Source: Vicinamibacterales bacterium
GTDB taxonomy: Bacteria > Acidobacteriota > Vicinamibacteria > Vicinamibacterales > UBA8438
Assembly: GCA_965261285.1 (NCBI GenBank)
Contig: OZ253457.1
Span: 2,089,396-2,153,395, forward strand
Length of the DNA: 64,000 nt
Reading direction: 5' to 3'
The notes beneath the pieces were generated by a model. The model ran no database searches. It was not told the DNA's origin and saw nothing but the letters and a program-made list of their open reading frames with translations. Position numbers and translations under genes: made by a program. Each line of letters opens with the position of its first letter. The first letter of the stretch is position 1. Shown here one piece after another: positions 9,434 to 18,861 of the stretch.

Positions 9434-10303
9434 ATGACATCGCTTCGTCAACGCATGCTCGAAGACATGCAGGTGCGGCAGCTGTCGCCGCGCACCCAGG
9501 AGACGTACGTCGAGACCGTGGCCCGGTTCGCTCGCCACTTCGGCCGCTCTCCGGCGTGTCTCGGTCCAGACGAGATCCGCGCCTACCAGGTCTACCTGAC
9601 CAACGAGCGCCGCTTGGCGCCGAGCTCGCTGGTCGTCGCCGTCTCTGCGCTCCGCTTCCTCTATCGGGTCACCCTTCGGAAGCGGTGGGCCTTCGACGAT
9701 GTGGTCCCCGTGCCTAAGAAGCCCCGCTCCTTGCCGGTCGTGCTCAGCCGCGACGAGGTGAAGCAGTTCCTCGACGCCATCAAGGCCGCCAACCATCACG
9801 CCATCCTGACCACGTGCTACGCCGCCGGCCTCCGCATCTCCGAGGCCGTCCACCTCACGGTGTCCGCCATCGACAGCCAACGGATGGTTCTCCGCATCGC
9901 GCAGGGCAAGGGGCAGAAGGACCGCTACGTGATGCTCTCGCCGAAGCTGCTCGAGGTGCTGCGCGCCTGGTGGCAGATCGACCGGCCACGGCACTGGCTC
10001 TTTCCCGGCGAGCGTCCGGAGAAGCCGATCACTCGCAAGGCGGTCCAGCTTGCCTGCAAACGCGCCGTCAGACGCGCGGGGCTCACCAAGCCGGTTTCCC
10101 CGCACGCGCTCCGCCACGCGTTCGCGGTCCACCTCCTCGAGGCGGGAACCGACCTGCGCACGATTCAGCTCCTGCTCGGGCATCGGAGCCTGCAGACCAC
10201 GGCCAACTACCTGCGGGTCGCGACCTCCAAGGTCTGCTCGACCGCCAGTCCGCTGGACCTCCTCCCGCAGCCTGTACCGGAACCGGCCCCGGACATCGCC
10301 TGA
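9434..10303 (+). CDS. Tyrosine recombinase / phage-type integrase
   Basis: Start at MTSLRQRMLEDMQVRQLSPRTQETYV. Catalytic region with GLRISEA, HALRHAFAVHLLEAGTDLRTIQLLLGH and TTANYLRV (R..HxxR..Y pattern). Confidence 0.85.
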   Translation: MTSLRQRMLEDMQVRQLSPRTQETYVETVARFARHFGRSPACLGPDEIRAYQVYLTNERRLAPSSLVVAVSALRFLYRVTLRKRWAFDDVVPVPKKPRSLPVVLSRDEVKQFLDAIKAANHHAILTTCYAAGLRISEAVHLTVSAIDSQRMVLRIAQGKGQKDRYVMLSPKLLEVLRAWWQIDRPRHWLFPGERPEKPITRKAVQLACKRAVRRAGLTKPVSPHALRHAFAVHLLEAGTDLRTIQLLLGHRSLQTTANYLRVATSKVCSTASPLDLLPQPVPEPAPDIA

Positions 10304-10312
10304 GCGACGGCC

Positions 10313-11522
10313 GTGCCACGCGCCGCGCTCACCGTGGCGGAGGTCTTCCGCCGCTACGGTGACACCTTCCGAGTCCACGCCGGGGCCGCCCTCTCCACGG
10401 CGCAACGCCGCGTGATGACGGCCATCGAGCAGTGCCGCACCGCCGCCCTCGGCGGCCATGTCGAGCAGTGTGACCATTGCGGCCATCGGCGCGTCTGGTA
10501 CAACTCCTGTCGCAACCGGCACTGTCCGACCTGTCAGTCGCTGGCCCGCGCCGCCTGGCTCGAACAGCGCCGGGCGGACCTGCTGCCCACCGAGTACTTC
10601 CACGTCGTCTTCACCGTGCCCCCGGCGGTCGCCGAGATCGCCATCCAGAACAAGGCCGTCGTCTACGGCCTCCTCTTCCGGGCCGTCGCCGAGACGCTGC
10701 GCACGATCGCCGCCGACCCCCGTCACCTCGGCGCCGAGATCGGTTTCTTCGCCGTGCTGCACACCTGGGGTCAGACGCTCGTCCATCACCCGCATCTGCA
10801 CTGCGTCATCCCGGGTGGGGGGCTCGCGACCGACGGCAGCGGCTGGGTTGCCTGCCGTCCCGGGTTCTTCCTGCCGGTCCGGGTCCTCTCTCGCTTCTTC
10901 CGCCGTGTCCTCCTCGAGGCGCTACAGGACGCCTTCGTGGCCGGACAGCTACGTTTCGCCGGCCGGCTGCAGCCCCTCAACGACCCTCGCCGCTTCGCCG
11001 AGCATCTCCGCCCGGCCCGCCAGATCGAGTGGGTCGTCTACGCGAAGCGGCCCTTCGCCGGCCCCGAGCAGGTTCTCGACTACCTCGGCCGCTACACCCA
11101 CCGGGATCGCCATCGGCAACCAACGCTTGTGCAGCCTCGACGCCGGCGCCGTGCGCTTCCGCTACACCGACTACCGCCGGGCCGGCGCGTCTCGCCAGAA
11201 GACCATGACGCTGTCGGCGACCGAGTTCATCCGCCGCATGCTCCTCCACGTGCTCCCGCCCGGCTTCCACCGCATTCGCTACTACGGCTTCCTCGCCAAT
11301 TGCACCCGCCGGCAGAAGCTCACCGAGTGCCGGCGGTTGCTGTCGGCGCCGCCACCACCGCCCGAGCTGGCCGACCGCGCCGTCGCCGACTATCGGGACC
11401 GCTACGAGGCGCTGACCGGCCGCTCGTTGCGGCGGTGCCCCCGGTGCGACGGCGGAAACATGCTCGTCGTCGACCACCTCGCCGGTCAGCACGCGTCTCC
11501 CGCTATCCTGGATTCATCGTGA
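10313..11522 (+). pseudogene. IS91-family transposase with a +1 frameshift
   Basis: N-terminal zinc-finger block (CDHCGHRRVWYNSCRNRHCPTCQ), HUH-like FHVVFTVP, and HTWGQTLVHHPHLHCVIPGGG. The frame breaks after YLGRYTHR at G-run 11103-11105. It continues in ORF 10458..11522 as IAIGNQRL...FHRIRYYGFLAN. Confidence 0.8.
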
Positions 11523-12085
11523 CGACCCCACCGACGCCCGCCAGCCACCGCCCGACGCTCCCGGTGCTCCCGGGCCGGTCGATGTGCGTCTCGGACGCCT
11601 CACCACCGCCGCGGGACGGCTCTCGTCGCCACCCGCACCGACCATCGTTGCCCGGCACTTCCACGCACCACCCCGTGACCGGCATCCCGGCCGCACCTCG
11701 CGACCATGCAACGCCCATAGGCGAGCGGCGGAGCTGCGGTTCAGTCCAATCCAATCTTGAGTCACCGGCGCGGTGACACGCTCTACTACTTACCGACCGT
11801 CGTTGCCGCCGCGCCGCCGACCCAAGAATGCTCTGCATTATGGGACACCGTTGCGTCCGCTCAAGGGCGACCCGCATTCTGGACGAACGTCCACCAACGC
11901 GTCGAAGGAAACGCGGCTTCGAGAGCATCCCGACTTAACACCCGGATAGGGGTGGGGCAGTTGGCCAGCGCTCTGTCCGTCCGGCTCCTGAGTCACTCCG
12001 GGAGCGCGCGCGGCAACTTCGCGTTGGGGGGCGCCCCGGCGGACCAGCGCTGCAGAGGCGGGAGGGCTACCGAGACGACGTGATT

Positions 12086-13972
12086 CTACGCCTGCCGGAA
12101 AACGCGGTGCCGTTCGCCGAGATCGCGGGCGGCGGGGGTGATGATGGTGCGGTCGTTCACGGCGATGCGGCGGCCGTTCTCGACGGCCTGGCGGACGTCG
12201 TCCTCGCAGACGAAGTCGACGGGGCGGGCGGTCTCGGCGGCGGCGTTCATCTCGACCGGGGCGGGCGGCGCCGGCGGGGGGGACGGCGGCGGGTCCGCCC
12301 GGGTCGCGTCGGCCATGGCGGACCGGGTCGGAGAGGCCGCGGCGGACCGGTTCGGAGAGGCCGTGGCGGACGGGTTGGGGGACGTCGAGGCGAACCGGTG
12401 CGGGGGCGTCGGGGCGGCTCCGGCGGCGGACGAAGCCGCGCTCACGCCGCGCCCGGCCAGGAACGCATCGATCCGGCGGGAGAGGAGCTCGGGGTCGAGC
12501 CCCCGCGCGGCCGGGCGCGCCGCAGCCGGTGGGGCCGGCGACGGGGTGGCAGCGGCCACGCGGCCGGGCGGACCCGTCTGGCGACCATCGCGAGCGGGCC
12601 GGTCGGCCGGGCGCACCTCCCAGGCCAGGCGCTTGACGTTCAGCAGGTGCCGCGGGGTGATGTTGTCCGAGGTGATGTTGCCGCCGTGCCCGCCGCAGCC
12701 GAGGGTCATCGAGGGGTCGAGCCCCGTCGTCATGCCGATCGAGCCGAGGGTCGTGGGGGTGTTGACGACGATGCGGAAGGCGGGCTTGCGGAGGCCGAAC
12801 TCGAGGATCACCTGCTCGTCCTGCGAGTGGATGGACATGGTGTGGCCCATGCCGCCGTAGCGCAGGATCTCCATGCACCGCTCGCAGCCTTCGCGCCAGT
12901 CGGCGACGACGTAGAACGACAGTACCGGGCAGAGCTTCTCGATCGACAGGGGGTGGTCGCGCCCCACCCCTTCGAGGGGGGCGATGAGAACCCGGGTCCC
13001 CGCCGGTGCGTCGATGCCCGCGCGGGCCGCGATCTCCGACGCGGTCCGGCCGACCAGCGCCGGGCTGGGCAGGCGGTCGGCGGTGACGAGGGCGGCGGCG
13101 AGGCGGTCGGCCTCGCTCGCGTTGAGGAAGTAGCCGCCCTGCCGCTCGAACTCGCGGCGCACCTCCCCGGCCACCGCCTCGTCGGCCACGACGGAGTTCT
13201 CCGACGAGCAGAGCAGGCCGTTGTCGAAGGTCTTGCCGGTGATGATGTCGGCGACCGCCTTCGGCAGGTCCGCCGTCCTCTCGATGTACGCGGGGGCATT
13301 CCCTGGCCCGACCCCGTAGGCCGGCTTGCCGGCGCTGTAGGCGGCGCGGACGAGGCCGAGGCCCCCGGTGGCGAGAATGAGGGCGACCTCGCGGCGGCGC
13401 ATCAGCTCCTGGGTGCCCTCGAGGGTCACCGTCGTCATGCACGTGACCGCGTCGTCCGGCATCCCCGCCGCGGCGGCGGCCGCCGTCATCACCTCGGCGA
13501 CCCGGCGCACGCACCGGGCGGCGGCGGGGTGGGGGCTCAGGACCACCGCGCACCGCGCCTTCAGGCAGACGAGGATCTTGTAGATCGCGGTGGAGGTGGG
13601 GTTGGTGGACGGCACGACGGCGGCGACGACCCCGAACGGCTCGGCGATCTCGACGACGCGCTCGGCCTCTAGCCGCCGGATGACGCCGACGGTGCGCATG
13701 GGCTCGATGAACCGGTGAATCGTCTCGGCCGCGAAGAGGTTCTTGCGCACCTTGTCCGCCTCGTTGCCGTAGCCGGTCTCCTCGACCGCCATCCGGGCGA
13801 GCGGCGCCGCCTGCGCGGCGGCGGCCGAGGCGGCGGCGCCGACCAGGCGGTCCACCTGCTCCTGGGTCAGCTCGGCGAGGCGCGTCTGGGCGGCGCGGGC
13901 GCGCCGGGCGAGCTGCCGGGCCTCGCGTATCGAGTCGAGGTCGGAGTCGATGCGGGGAACCCGATCAGCCAT
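12086..13972 (-). CDS. CoA-acylating aldehyde dehydrogenase (EutE/PduP-like) with ~160-aa C-terminal extension
   Basis: EutE/PduP-like blocks (PFGVVAAVVPSTNPTSTAIYK, LATGG, GPGNAP, NGLLCSSENS, HTMSIHS). The extension is a Pro/Ala-rich linker, then an amphipathic LDPELLSRRIDAFLAGRG, then three 8-aa repeats, then the module DFVCEDDVRQAVENGRRIAVNDRTIITPAARDLGERHRVF. Confidence 0.85.
   Translation of the reverse strand: MADRVPRIDSDLDSIREARQLARRARAAQTRLAELTQEQVDRLVGAAASAAAAQAAPLARMAVEETGYGNEADKVRKNLFAAETIHRFIEPMRTVGVIRRLEAERVVEIAEPFGVVAAVVPSTNPTSTAIYKILVCLKARCAVVLSPHPAAARCVRRVAEVMTAAAAAAGMPDDAVTCMTTVTLEGTQELMRRREVALILATGGLGLVRAAYSAGKPAYGVGPGNAPAYIERTADLPKAVADIITGKTFDNGLLCSSENSVVADEAVAGEVRREFERQGGYFLNASEADRLAAALVTADRLPSPALVGRTASEIAARAGIDAPAGTRVLIAPLEGVGRDHPLSIEKLCPVLSFYVVADWREGCERCMEILRYGGMGHTMSIHSQDEQVILEFGLRKPAFRIVVNTPTTLGSIGMTTGLDPSMTLGCGGHGGNITSDNITPRHLLNVKRLAWEVRPADRPARDGRQTGPPGRVAAATPSPAPPAAARPAARGLDPELLSRRIDAFLAGRGVSAASSAAGAAPTPPHRFASTSPNPSATASPNRSAAASPTRSAMADATRADPPPSPPPAPPAPVEMNAAAETARPVDFVCEDDVRQAVENGRRIAVNDRTIITPAARDLGERHRVFRQA
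12317..12388. repeat. 3 x 24-bp in-frame tandem repeat inside the aldehyde dehydrogenase linker
   Basis: GGCGGACCGGGTCGGAGAGGCCGC / GGCGGACCGGTTCGGAGAGGCCGT / GGCGGACGGGTTGGGGGACGTCGA. On the coding strand these encode SPNPSATA-SPNRSAAA-SPTRSAMA. Confidence 0.7.
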
Positions 13973-14085
13973 GACGGGACGTGCCGCGGGGCCGCGCGCC
14001 GGACGGGCGCGCGTTCGGCGTCCAACCGAGGTCCGCGTCGTTCAGGAAGGCCCGATCAGCCATGGCCGGATGCGCGGCGAACCGA

Positions 14086-14373
14086 TCACTTGGCGTCGCG
14101 GGCCTGCGGCAGGATCTTCTCGACCTCGCCGTGGGGGCGCGGGATGACGTGGACGGCCACGAGCTCGCCCACCCGGCGGGCGGCGGCCGCGCCCGCGTCG
14201 GTGGCGGCCTTGACGGCGCCGACGTCGCCGCGCACGAAGACGGTGACGTAGCCGGCCCCGATGTACTCCTTCCCGACGAGCAGCACGTTGGCGGCCTTGA
14301 CCATGGCGTCGGCCGCCTCTATCGAGCCGACGAGACCCTTGGTTTCGACCATGCCGAGGGCTTCGAGAGACAT
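14086..14373 (-). CDS. Bacterial microcompartment shell protein, BMC-H (PduA/EutM/CcmK type, Pfam00936)
   Basis: [81 protein letters not shown] is a canonical BMC domain. ATG at 14371-14373 (reverse strand). Confidence 0.9.
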   Translation of the reverse strand: MSLEALGMVETKGLVGSIEAADAMVKAANVLLVGKEYIGAGYVTVFVRGDVGAVKAATDAGAAAARRVGELVAVHVIPRPHGEVEKILPQARDAK

Positions 14374-14786
14374 CGCCGTGGTCCTCCGCTGGACTCGCTG
14401 TCTGCGTGGCATGCCGGACCGGCCCACCGCTCGTCGTGGCGCAGGGAACTCCGTATCGGCAGAGCTCCCGACACGACGGCAGGTGCGCGGCGGGCGCGAA
14501 AATCGCCGCAACTCTAACATGCGGCGAGACATGCGGCAACCACGCGCACGACCCGCGCGGACGTCGCTCGGAGCCTCGCGGCACCGGGCCCCGCGTCGTC
14601 GAGGGGAGTCGGCCGGCGGGTCGGACGCCGCGGGGCGGCGGGCTTCGCCGGCCGGCGGCCCCGGCGAACCCGGCCGGGGCCGATGCGTGGCGCGGCCGGA
14701 CCCGGACTGCTAGAATCGCGTTCGACAGGCCGGGCGGCGGCCGGGCGGGCGCCGTGCGTCCGCGACGGCGCGCGCCGGCGAACCGC

Positions 14787-15995
14787 ATGGAGTTCCACTG
14801 CAGGCTCGGCACCGAGACCGGCGAGGTCATCGAGGGCGTGCACGTCGCCGAGAACGAGGCGGCCCTCCGCCAGGAGCTCGAGGCCAGGGGGCTCTACGTG
14901 CTCGCCCTCAGCCGCCGGGGCTCGTTCGCCTGGTCGGGCCTTTCGTCGGCGCCCCGCCGGCGCATCCGTACCCGGGAGTTCCTGGTCTTCAACCAGGAGC
15001 TTGCCACGCTCCTGCGGGCGGGCCTGCCCCTCGTGCAGTCGCTCGACATCCTGCGGCAGCGCATGGACGACCCCGGCTTCAAGGCGGTCCTGAACGACGT
15101 CCACGACCGCGTCCACGCCGGCGCGGCGCTCTCCGAGGCGTTCGACGCGCAGGGCGAGATCGTGCCCGGCATGTACACCGCCTCGCTGCTAGCGGGGGAG
15201 AAGAGCGGGGGCCTCGAAGAGGTCATCCGCCGCTACGTCGACTACGTCAAGGTGGTCACCGCCCTGCAGCGCAAGACCCTCTCCGCGATGATCTACCCGG
15301 CCGTGCTGCTGGGCCTCTCGATGGTCGTGGTGTCCATCATCATCCTGCGGGTGGTGCCCGAGTTCGAGGCGTTCTACGCCGGGTTCGGGGCCGAGCTGCC
15401 CCTGATGACCCGCGTCGTGGTGGCGGTGTCGAACGCGGCCAGGGGCAACCTGCTGCTCATCGTCCCGGGCGCGGCCCTCGCGGGGTGGGCGGCCTGGCGC
15501 TGGGTGCGGCGGCCGGGCCGGGCGGCGCTGCTCGACCGCCTGGTCCTCCGGCTGCCCGGCGTCGGCTCGATCGCGGGCCGGTTCGCGACGTCGCAACTGT
15601 CGCGCACCCTGGCGACCCTGCTCGGCGGCGGGATACCCCTGGTCGACGCCATCGACGTCGCGGCGCGCGCCCTCGGCAACCGGTTCTACGCGGAACAGCT
15701 CGCGGTGGCGGGGCAGCGGGTCCGCGAGGGCGAGGCGCTGGCCGCGGCCCTGGCCGCGCGGGGGATCTTCCCGTCGGTCGTCATCCGGATGGTCGAGGTG
15801 GGCGAGGCGACGGGGGCGTTGCGCGAGATGCTGACGAGCGTCGCCGACTTCTTCGACGAGGAGATAGACACCCGGCTCGGGCGCTTCGTGGCGGTCATCG
15901 AGCCGCTGCTGCTGATCGTGATGGGGATCGTCATCGCCGCCCTCCTCGTCGCCTTGTACCTGCCCCTGCTGCAACTGGGGACGGTCCTGTCATGA
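14787..15995 (+). CDS. pilC: Type IV pilus / T2SS platform protein (PilC/GspF family)
   Basis: Start MEFHCRLGTETGEVIEGVHVAENEAALRQELEARGLYVL. Two GspF repeats (FNQELATLLRAGLPLVQSL; LSRTLATLLGGGIPLVDAI). Confidence 0.9.
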   Translation: MEFHCRLGTETGEVIEGVHVAENEAALRQELEARGLYVLALSRRGSFAWSGLSSAPRRRIRTREFLVFNQELATLLRAGLPLVQSLDILRQRMDDPGFKAVLNDVHDRVHAGAALSEAFDAQGEIVPGMYTASLLAGEKSGGLEEVIRRYVDYVKVVTALQRKTLSAMIYPAVLLGLSMVVVSIIILRVVPEFEAFYAGFGAELPLMTRVVVAVSNAARGNLLLIVPGAALAGWAAWRWVRRPGRAALLDRLVLRLPGVGSIAGRFATSQLSRTLATLLGGGIPLVDAIDVAARALGNRFYAEQLAVAGQRVREGEALAAALAARGIFPSVVIRMVEVGEATGALREMLTSVADFFDEEIDTRLGRFVAVIEPLLLIVMGIVIAALLVALYLPLLQLGTVLS

Positions 15996-17893
15996 GCGCC
16001 CTCGATCCTCCCGCGGCGGCCGGCGGCGTCAGCGCGCCGAAGGCCGGCGGCGTCAGCGCGCCAAGGGCCGGCAGCATCAGCGCCGCAGAGGGCGGCAGCG
16101 TCAGCGCGCCGGAGGCCGGCGGCGTCAGCGCGCCAAGGGCCGGCAGCGTCAGCGCCGCAGAGGGCGGTAGCGTCAGCGCGCCGGCGGCCGGCAGCGTCAG
16201 CGCCGCAGAGGGCGGCAGCGTCGGCGCGGCGGAGGCTGGTCGCGGCGGCGGCACCGGGACCGGCGCGGGTCCGCCGGACGACCTGCCGGCCAACGGCGGG
16301 CCGGCCGCGGTCGACCATGCGGAGGAGATCGCGCGGGCGCGCCGGCTCGCCGAGCGCTACCGCGTGGAGTTCGCGGACATGGACCGGTTCAGCATGGACG
16401 CGGACCTGTTCCGGTCCATTCCCGCCGACCTCATGCTCCGCTACGGCTTCGTCCCCTACCGCCGGGTGGGGGACACCCTGGTCATCGTCGTCTCCGACCC
16501 CGACCTCCCGAAGATCGACGAGCTGGCGTTGCTGCTCGACACCGCCATCCGGGTGACGGTGGGGACGCGGTCGGCCATCGAGTCCATCCTCAAGAAGAGC
16601 GAGGGGTCGCAGCGGGTCCTCGACGAGGCCACCGAGAGCTTCGAGCTGCAGATTCTCCACGAGGACGAGGGCGCCGAGGACAGCCTGACCGTCGAGCGGC
16701 TCACGAGCGACATCAGCCCCATCATCCGCCTCGTCGACTCGACGATCTACACCGCCCTGCAGCGCCGCGCGAGCGACATCCACGTCGAGACCCTCGACGA
16801 CGCCGTCCACGTGAAGTACCGCATCGACGGCACCCTGCAGCCGGCCATGCGGCCGGTGGACAAGCAGTTCCACGGCGCCATCCTCTCGCGCATCAAGGTC
16901 ATGGCCGAGCTCGACATCGCCGAGAAGCGGATTCCCCAGGACGGCCGCTTCAAGGTGCGGGTGCCGGGGAAGACCATCGACTTCCGGGTGTCGGTGATGC
17001 CCACCGTGCACGGCGAGGACGCGGTGATCCGCATCCTCGACAAGGAGACCATCAGCGAGCAGTTCCGCGAGCTGCGGCTCGACGTGCTCGGGTTCGCCGA
17101 CGCCGAGCTGCGGCGGTTCCGCCGCGCCATCAAGGAGCCCTACGGCATGGTGCTGGTGACCGGGCCCACCGGCAGCGGCAAGACGACGACGCTCTACGCG
17201 GCGCTCTCGGAGATCCACTCGCCCGAGGACAAGATCGTCACCATCGAGGACCCCGTCGAGTACCAGCTTCACGGCGTCACCCAGATCCCCATCAACGAGC
17301 GCAAGGGGCTGACCTTCGCCCGCGGGCTGCGCTCCATCCTCCGCCACGATCCCGACAAGATCATGGTCGGGGAGATCCGAGACTCGGAGACCGCGCAGAT
17401 CGCCATCCAGTCGGCCCTGACCGGGCATCTCGTCTTCACCACCGTGCACGCCAACAACGTGCTCGACGTGCTCGGCCGGTTCCTGAACATGGGCGTCGAG
17501 GCCTACCAGTTCATCTCGTCGCTGAACTGCGTGCTCGCCCAGCGCCTCGTCCGGATGATTTGCACCGAGTGCCGCCGGCCGGCCCGGCTGAGCGACGAGG
17601 CCCTCGAGGAGGCCGGCATCGACCCCGGCCTCGCGCGGGGCCGCGAGCTCTTCGAGGGCACAGGGTGCATCGAGTGCAACGGGACCGGGTACCGCGGCCG
17701 CACCGCGCTGTGCGAGCTGCTCGACCTGAGCGACCGGCTGCGCGAGTTGATCCTGGCGCGGGCCCCGACCTCGGAGATCAAGCAGGCGATGCGGGCCGAG
17801 GGCATGCGCTTCCTGCGGGAGTCGGCAGTCGAGAAGGTGCTGGCCGGCCTGACCACCCTGCAGGAGATCAACAAGGTCACGTTCTTCAAATGA
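15992..17893 (+). CDS. pilB: Type IV pilus / T2SS assembly ATPase (PilB/GspE family) with repetitive N-terminus
   Basis: ATGA overlap with the pilC stop. T2SSE N-domain (FRSIPADLMLRYGFVPY), Walker A GPTGSGKTTT, Asp box and His box (HLVFTTVHAN), and a tetracysteine motif (CTECRRP...CIECNGTGYRGR). Confidence 0.9.
   Translation: MSALDPPAAAGGVSAPKAGGVSAPRAGSISAAEGGSVSAPEAGGVSAPRAGSVSAAEGGSVSAPAAGSVSAAEGGSVGAAEAGRGGGTGTGAGPPDDLPANGGPAAVDHAEEIARARRLAERYRVEFADMDRFSMDADLFRSIPADLMLRYGFVPYRRVGDTLVIVVSDPDLPKIDELALLLDTAIRVTVGTRSAIESILKKSEGSQRVLDEATESFELQILHEDEGAEDSLTVERLTSDISPIIRLVDSTIYTALQRRASDIHVETLDDAVHVKYRIDGTLQPAMRPVDKQFHGAILSRIKVMAELDIAEKRIPQDGRFKVRVPGKTIDFRVSVMPTVHGEDAVIRILDKETISEQFRELRLDVLGFADAELRRFRRAIKEPYGMVLVTGPTGSGKTTTLYAALSEIHSPEDKIVTIEDPVEYQLHGVTQIPINERKGLTFARGLRSILRHDPDKIMVGEIRDSETAQIAIQSALTGHLVFTTVHANNVLDVLGRFLNMGVEAYQFISSLNCVLAQRLVRMICTECRRPARLSDEALEEAGIDPGLARGRELFEGTGCIECNGTGYRGRTALCELLDLSDRLRELILARAPTSEIKQAMRAEGMRFLRESAVEKVLAGLTTLQEINKVTFFK
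16019..16234 (+). repeat. 9 x 24-bp in-frame tandem repeat in the pilB 5' region
   Basis: Unit GCCGGCGGCGTCAGCGCGCCGAAG and variants. These encode AGGVSAPK/AGGVSAPR/AGSISAAE/GGSVSAPE... Confidence 0.85.
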
Positions 17894-18861
17894 GTGCGTT
17901 CGCCAGCCTGTCCCGCCTCTTCGCCGCCCCCGCGCCGTCCGCGGGCATCGAGATCGCGGCCGACCGCGTCACCGGCGTCGTCCTCGACCGCGAGCGGCGC
18001 GTGGCCGCCGCCGTCTCCCGGCCGCTTCCTTCCGGGGTGGTGACGCCGGCCGTCAACGCCGCCAACGTCGTCGAGCCCGACACGGTCCGCGACGTCGTCC
18101 GGGACGTGCGGCTGGCCCTGCCCGGGGCGCCCCGGCGCGTGGCCCTGGTCGTGCCCGACAGCGCCGCCAAGGTGTCGCTGCTCCGCTTCGACAAGGTGCC
18201 CGCGCGCGCCGCCGACCTCGATCAGCTCGTGCGATGGCAGGCGCGGAAGACGGCGCCGTTCCGCATTGAGGACGCCCAGGTGGCCTGCGCGCCCGGCGCC
18301 CCCCTCGACGGCGGGGGGCGGGAGTTCGTCGTGAGCCTCGTGCGGCGCGACATCGTCGAGGAGTACGAGGGCGCCTGCACCCGGGGCGGGGCCCACGCGG
18401 GGGTAGTGGACCTGGCCAGCTTCAGCCTGATCGACGCCGTGCTCGCGGGCCGTCCCCCCGCCGAGGCGGACTGGCTGCTCGTGCACGCGGCAGGTGGATA
18501 CCGGTCGATCGCCGTCGTGCGCCGGGGACACCTCATCCTGTTCCGCCACCGCCCGGCCCGCGGCGGCGACGAGGACCTCGTGGACCTCGTGCACCAGACC
18601 ACGATGTACTACGAGGATCGGCTGGCGGGCGACGGGTACGGGCGCGTGCTGCTGGCCGTCAGCCGGCAGGGGGCCACGGCCGAGGACGCGGCGCGGGTGC
18701 GGCGGCTCATCGAGACCCATCTCGACACCCCCGTGACCCCCATCGCCGCGGGCCGGTCGGCGGAGCCGCCGCAGGAGGGGGAGCCGCTTCCCGACGTGGC
18801 GGCGGCGTTGGCGGGCCTGCTCGTCCGCGAGCACGGCCCCCGCGGCGGGGCCGCGGCCTGA
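17890..18861 (+). CDS. pilM: PilM-like actin-fold pilus assembly protein
   Basis: ATGA overlap with the pilB stop. PilM-like sequence (IEIAADRVTGVVL..., VALVVPDSAAKVSLLRFDKVPARAADLDQLVRWQARK, VVDLASFSL), in the position expected before pilN/pilO. Confidence 0.8.
   Translation: MSAFASLSRLFAAPAPSAGIEIAADRVTGVVLDRERRVAAAVSRPLPSGVVTPAVNAANVVEPDTVRDVVRDVRLALPGAPRRVALVVPDSAAKVSLLRFDKVPARAADLDQLVRWQARKTAPFRIEDAQVACAPGAPLDGGGREFVVSLVRRDIVEEYEGACTRGGAHAGVVDLASFSLIDAVLAGRPPAEADWLLVHAAGGYRSIAVVRRGHLILFRHRPARGGDEDLVDLVHQTTMYYEDRLAGDGYGRVLLAVSRQGATAEDAARVRRLIETHLDTPVTPIAAGRSAEPPQEGEPLPDVAAALAGLLVREHGPRGGAAA

Larger units (their letters stand above)
9230..11780 (+). mobile_element. IS91-family-like element (tyrosine recombinase + Y2/HUH transposase); boundaries approximate
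   Basis: The integrase/IS91-transposase gene pair is arranged as in IS91-type units. A 7-bp-stem hairpin GTCACCG-GCG-CGGTGAC at 11761-11777 could be an end structure. No inverted repeats are expected for this family. Confidence 0.45.
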
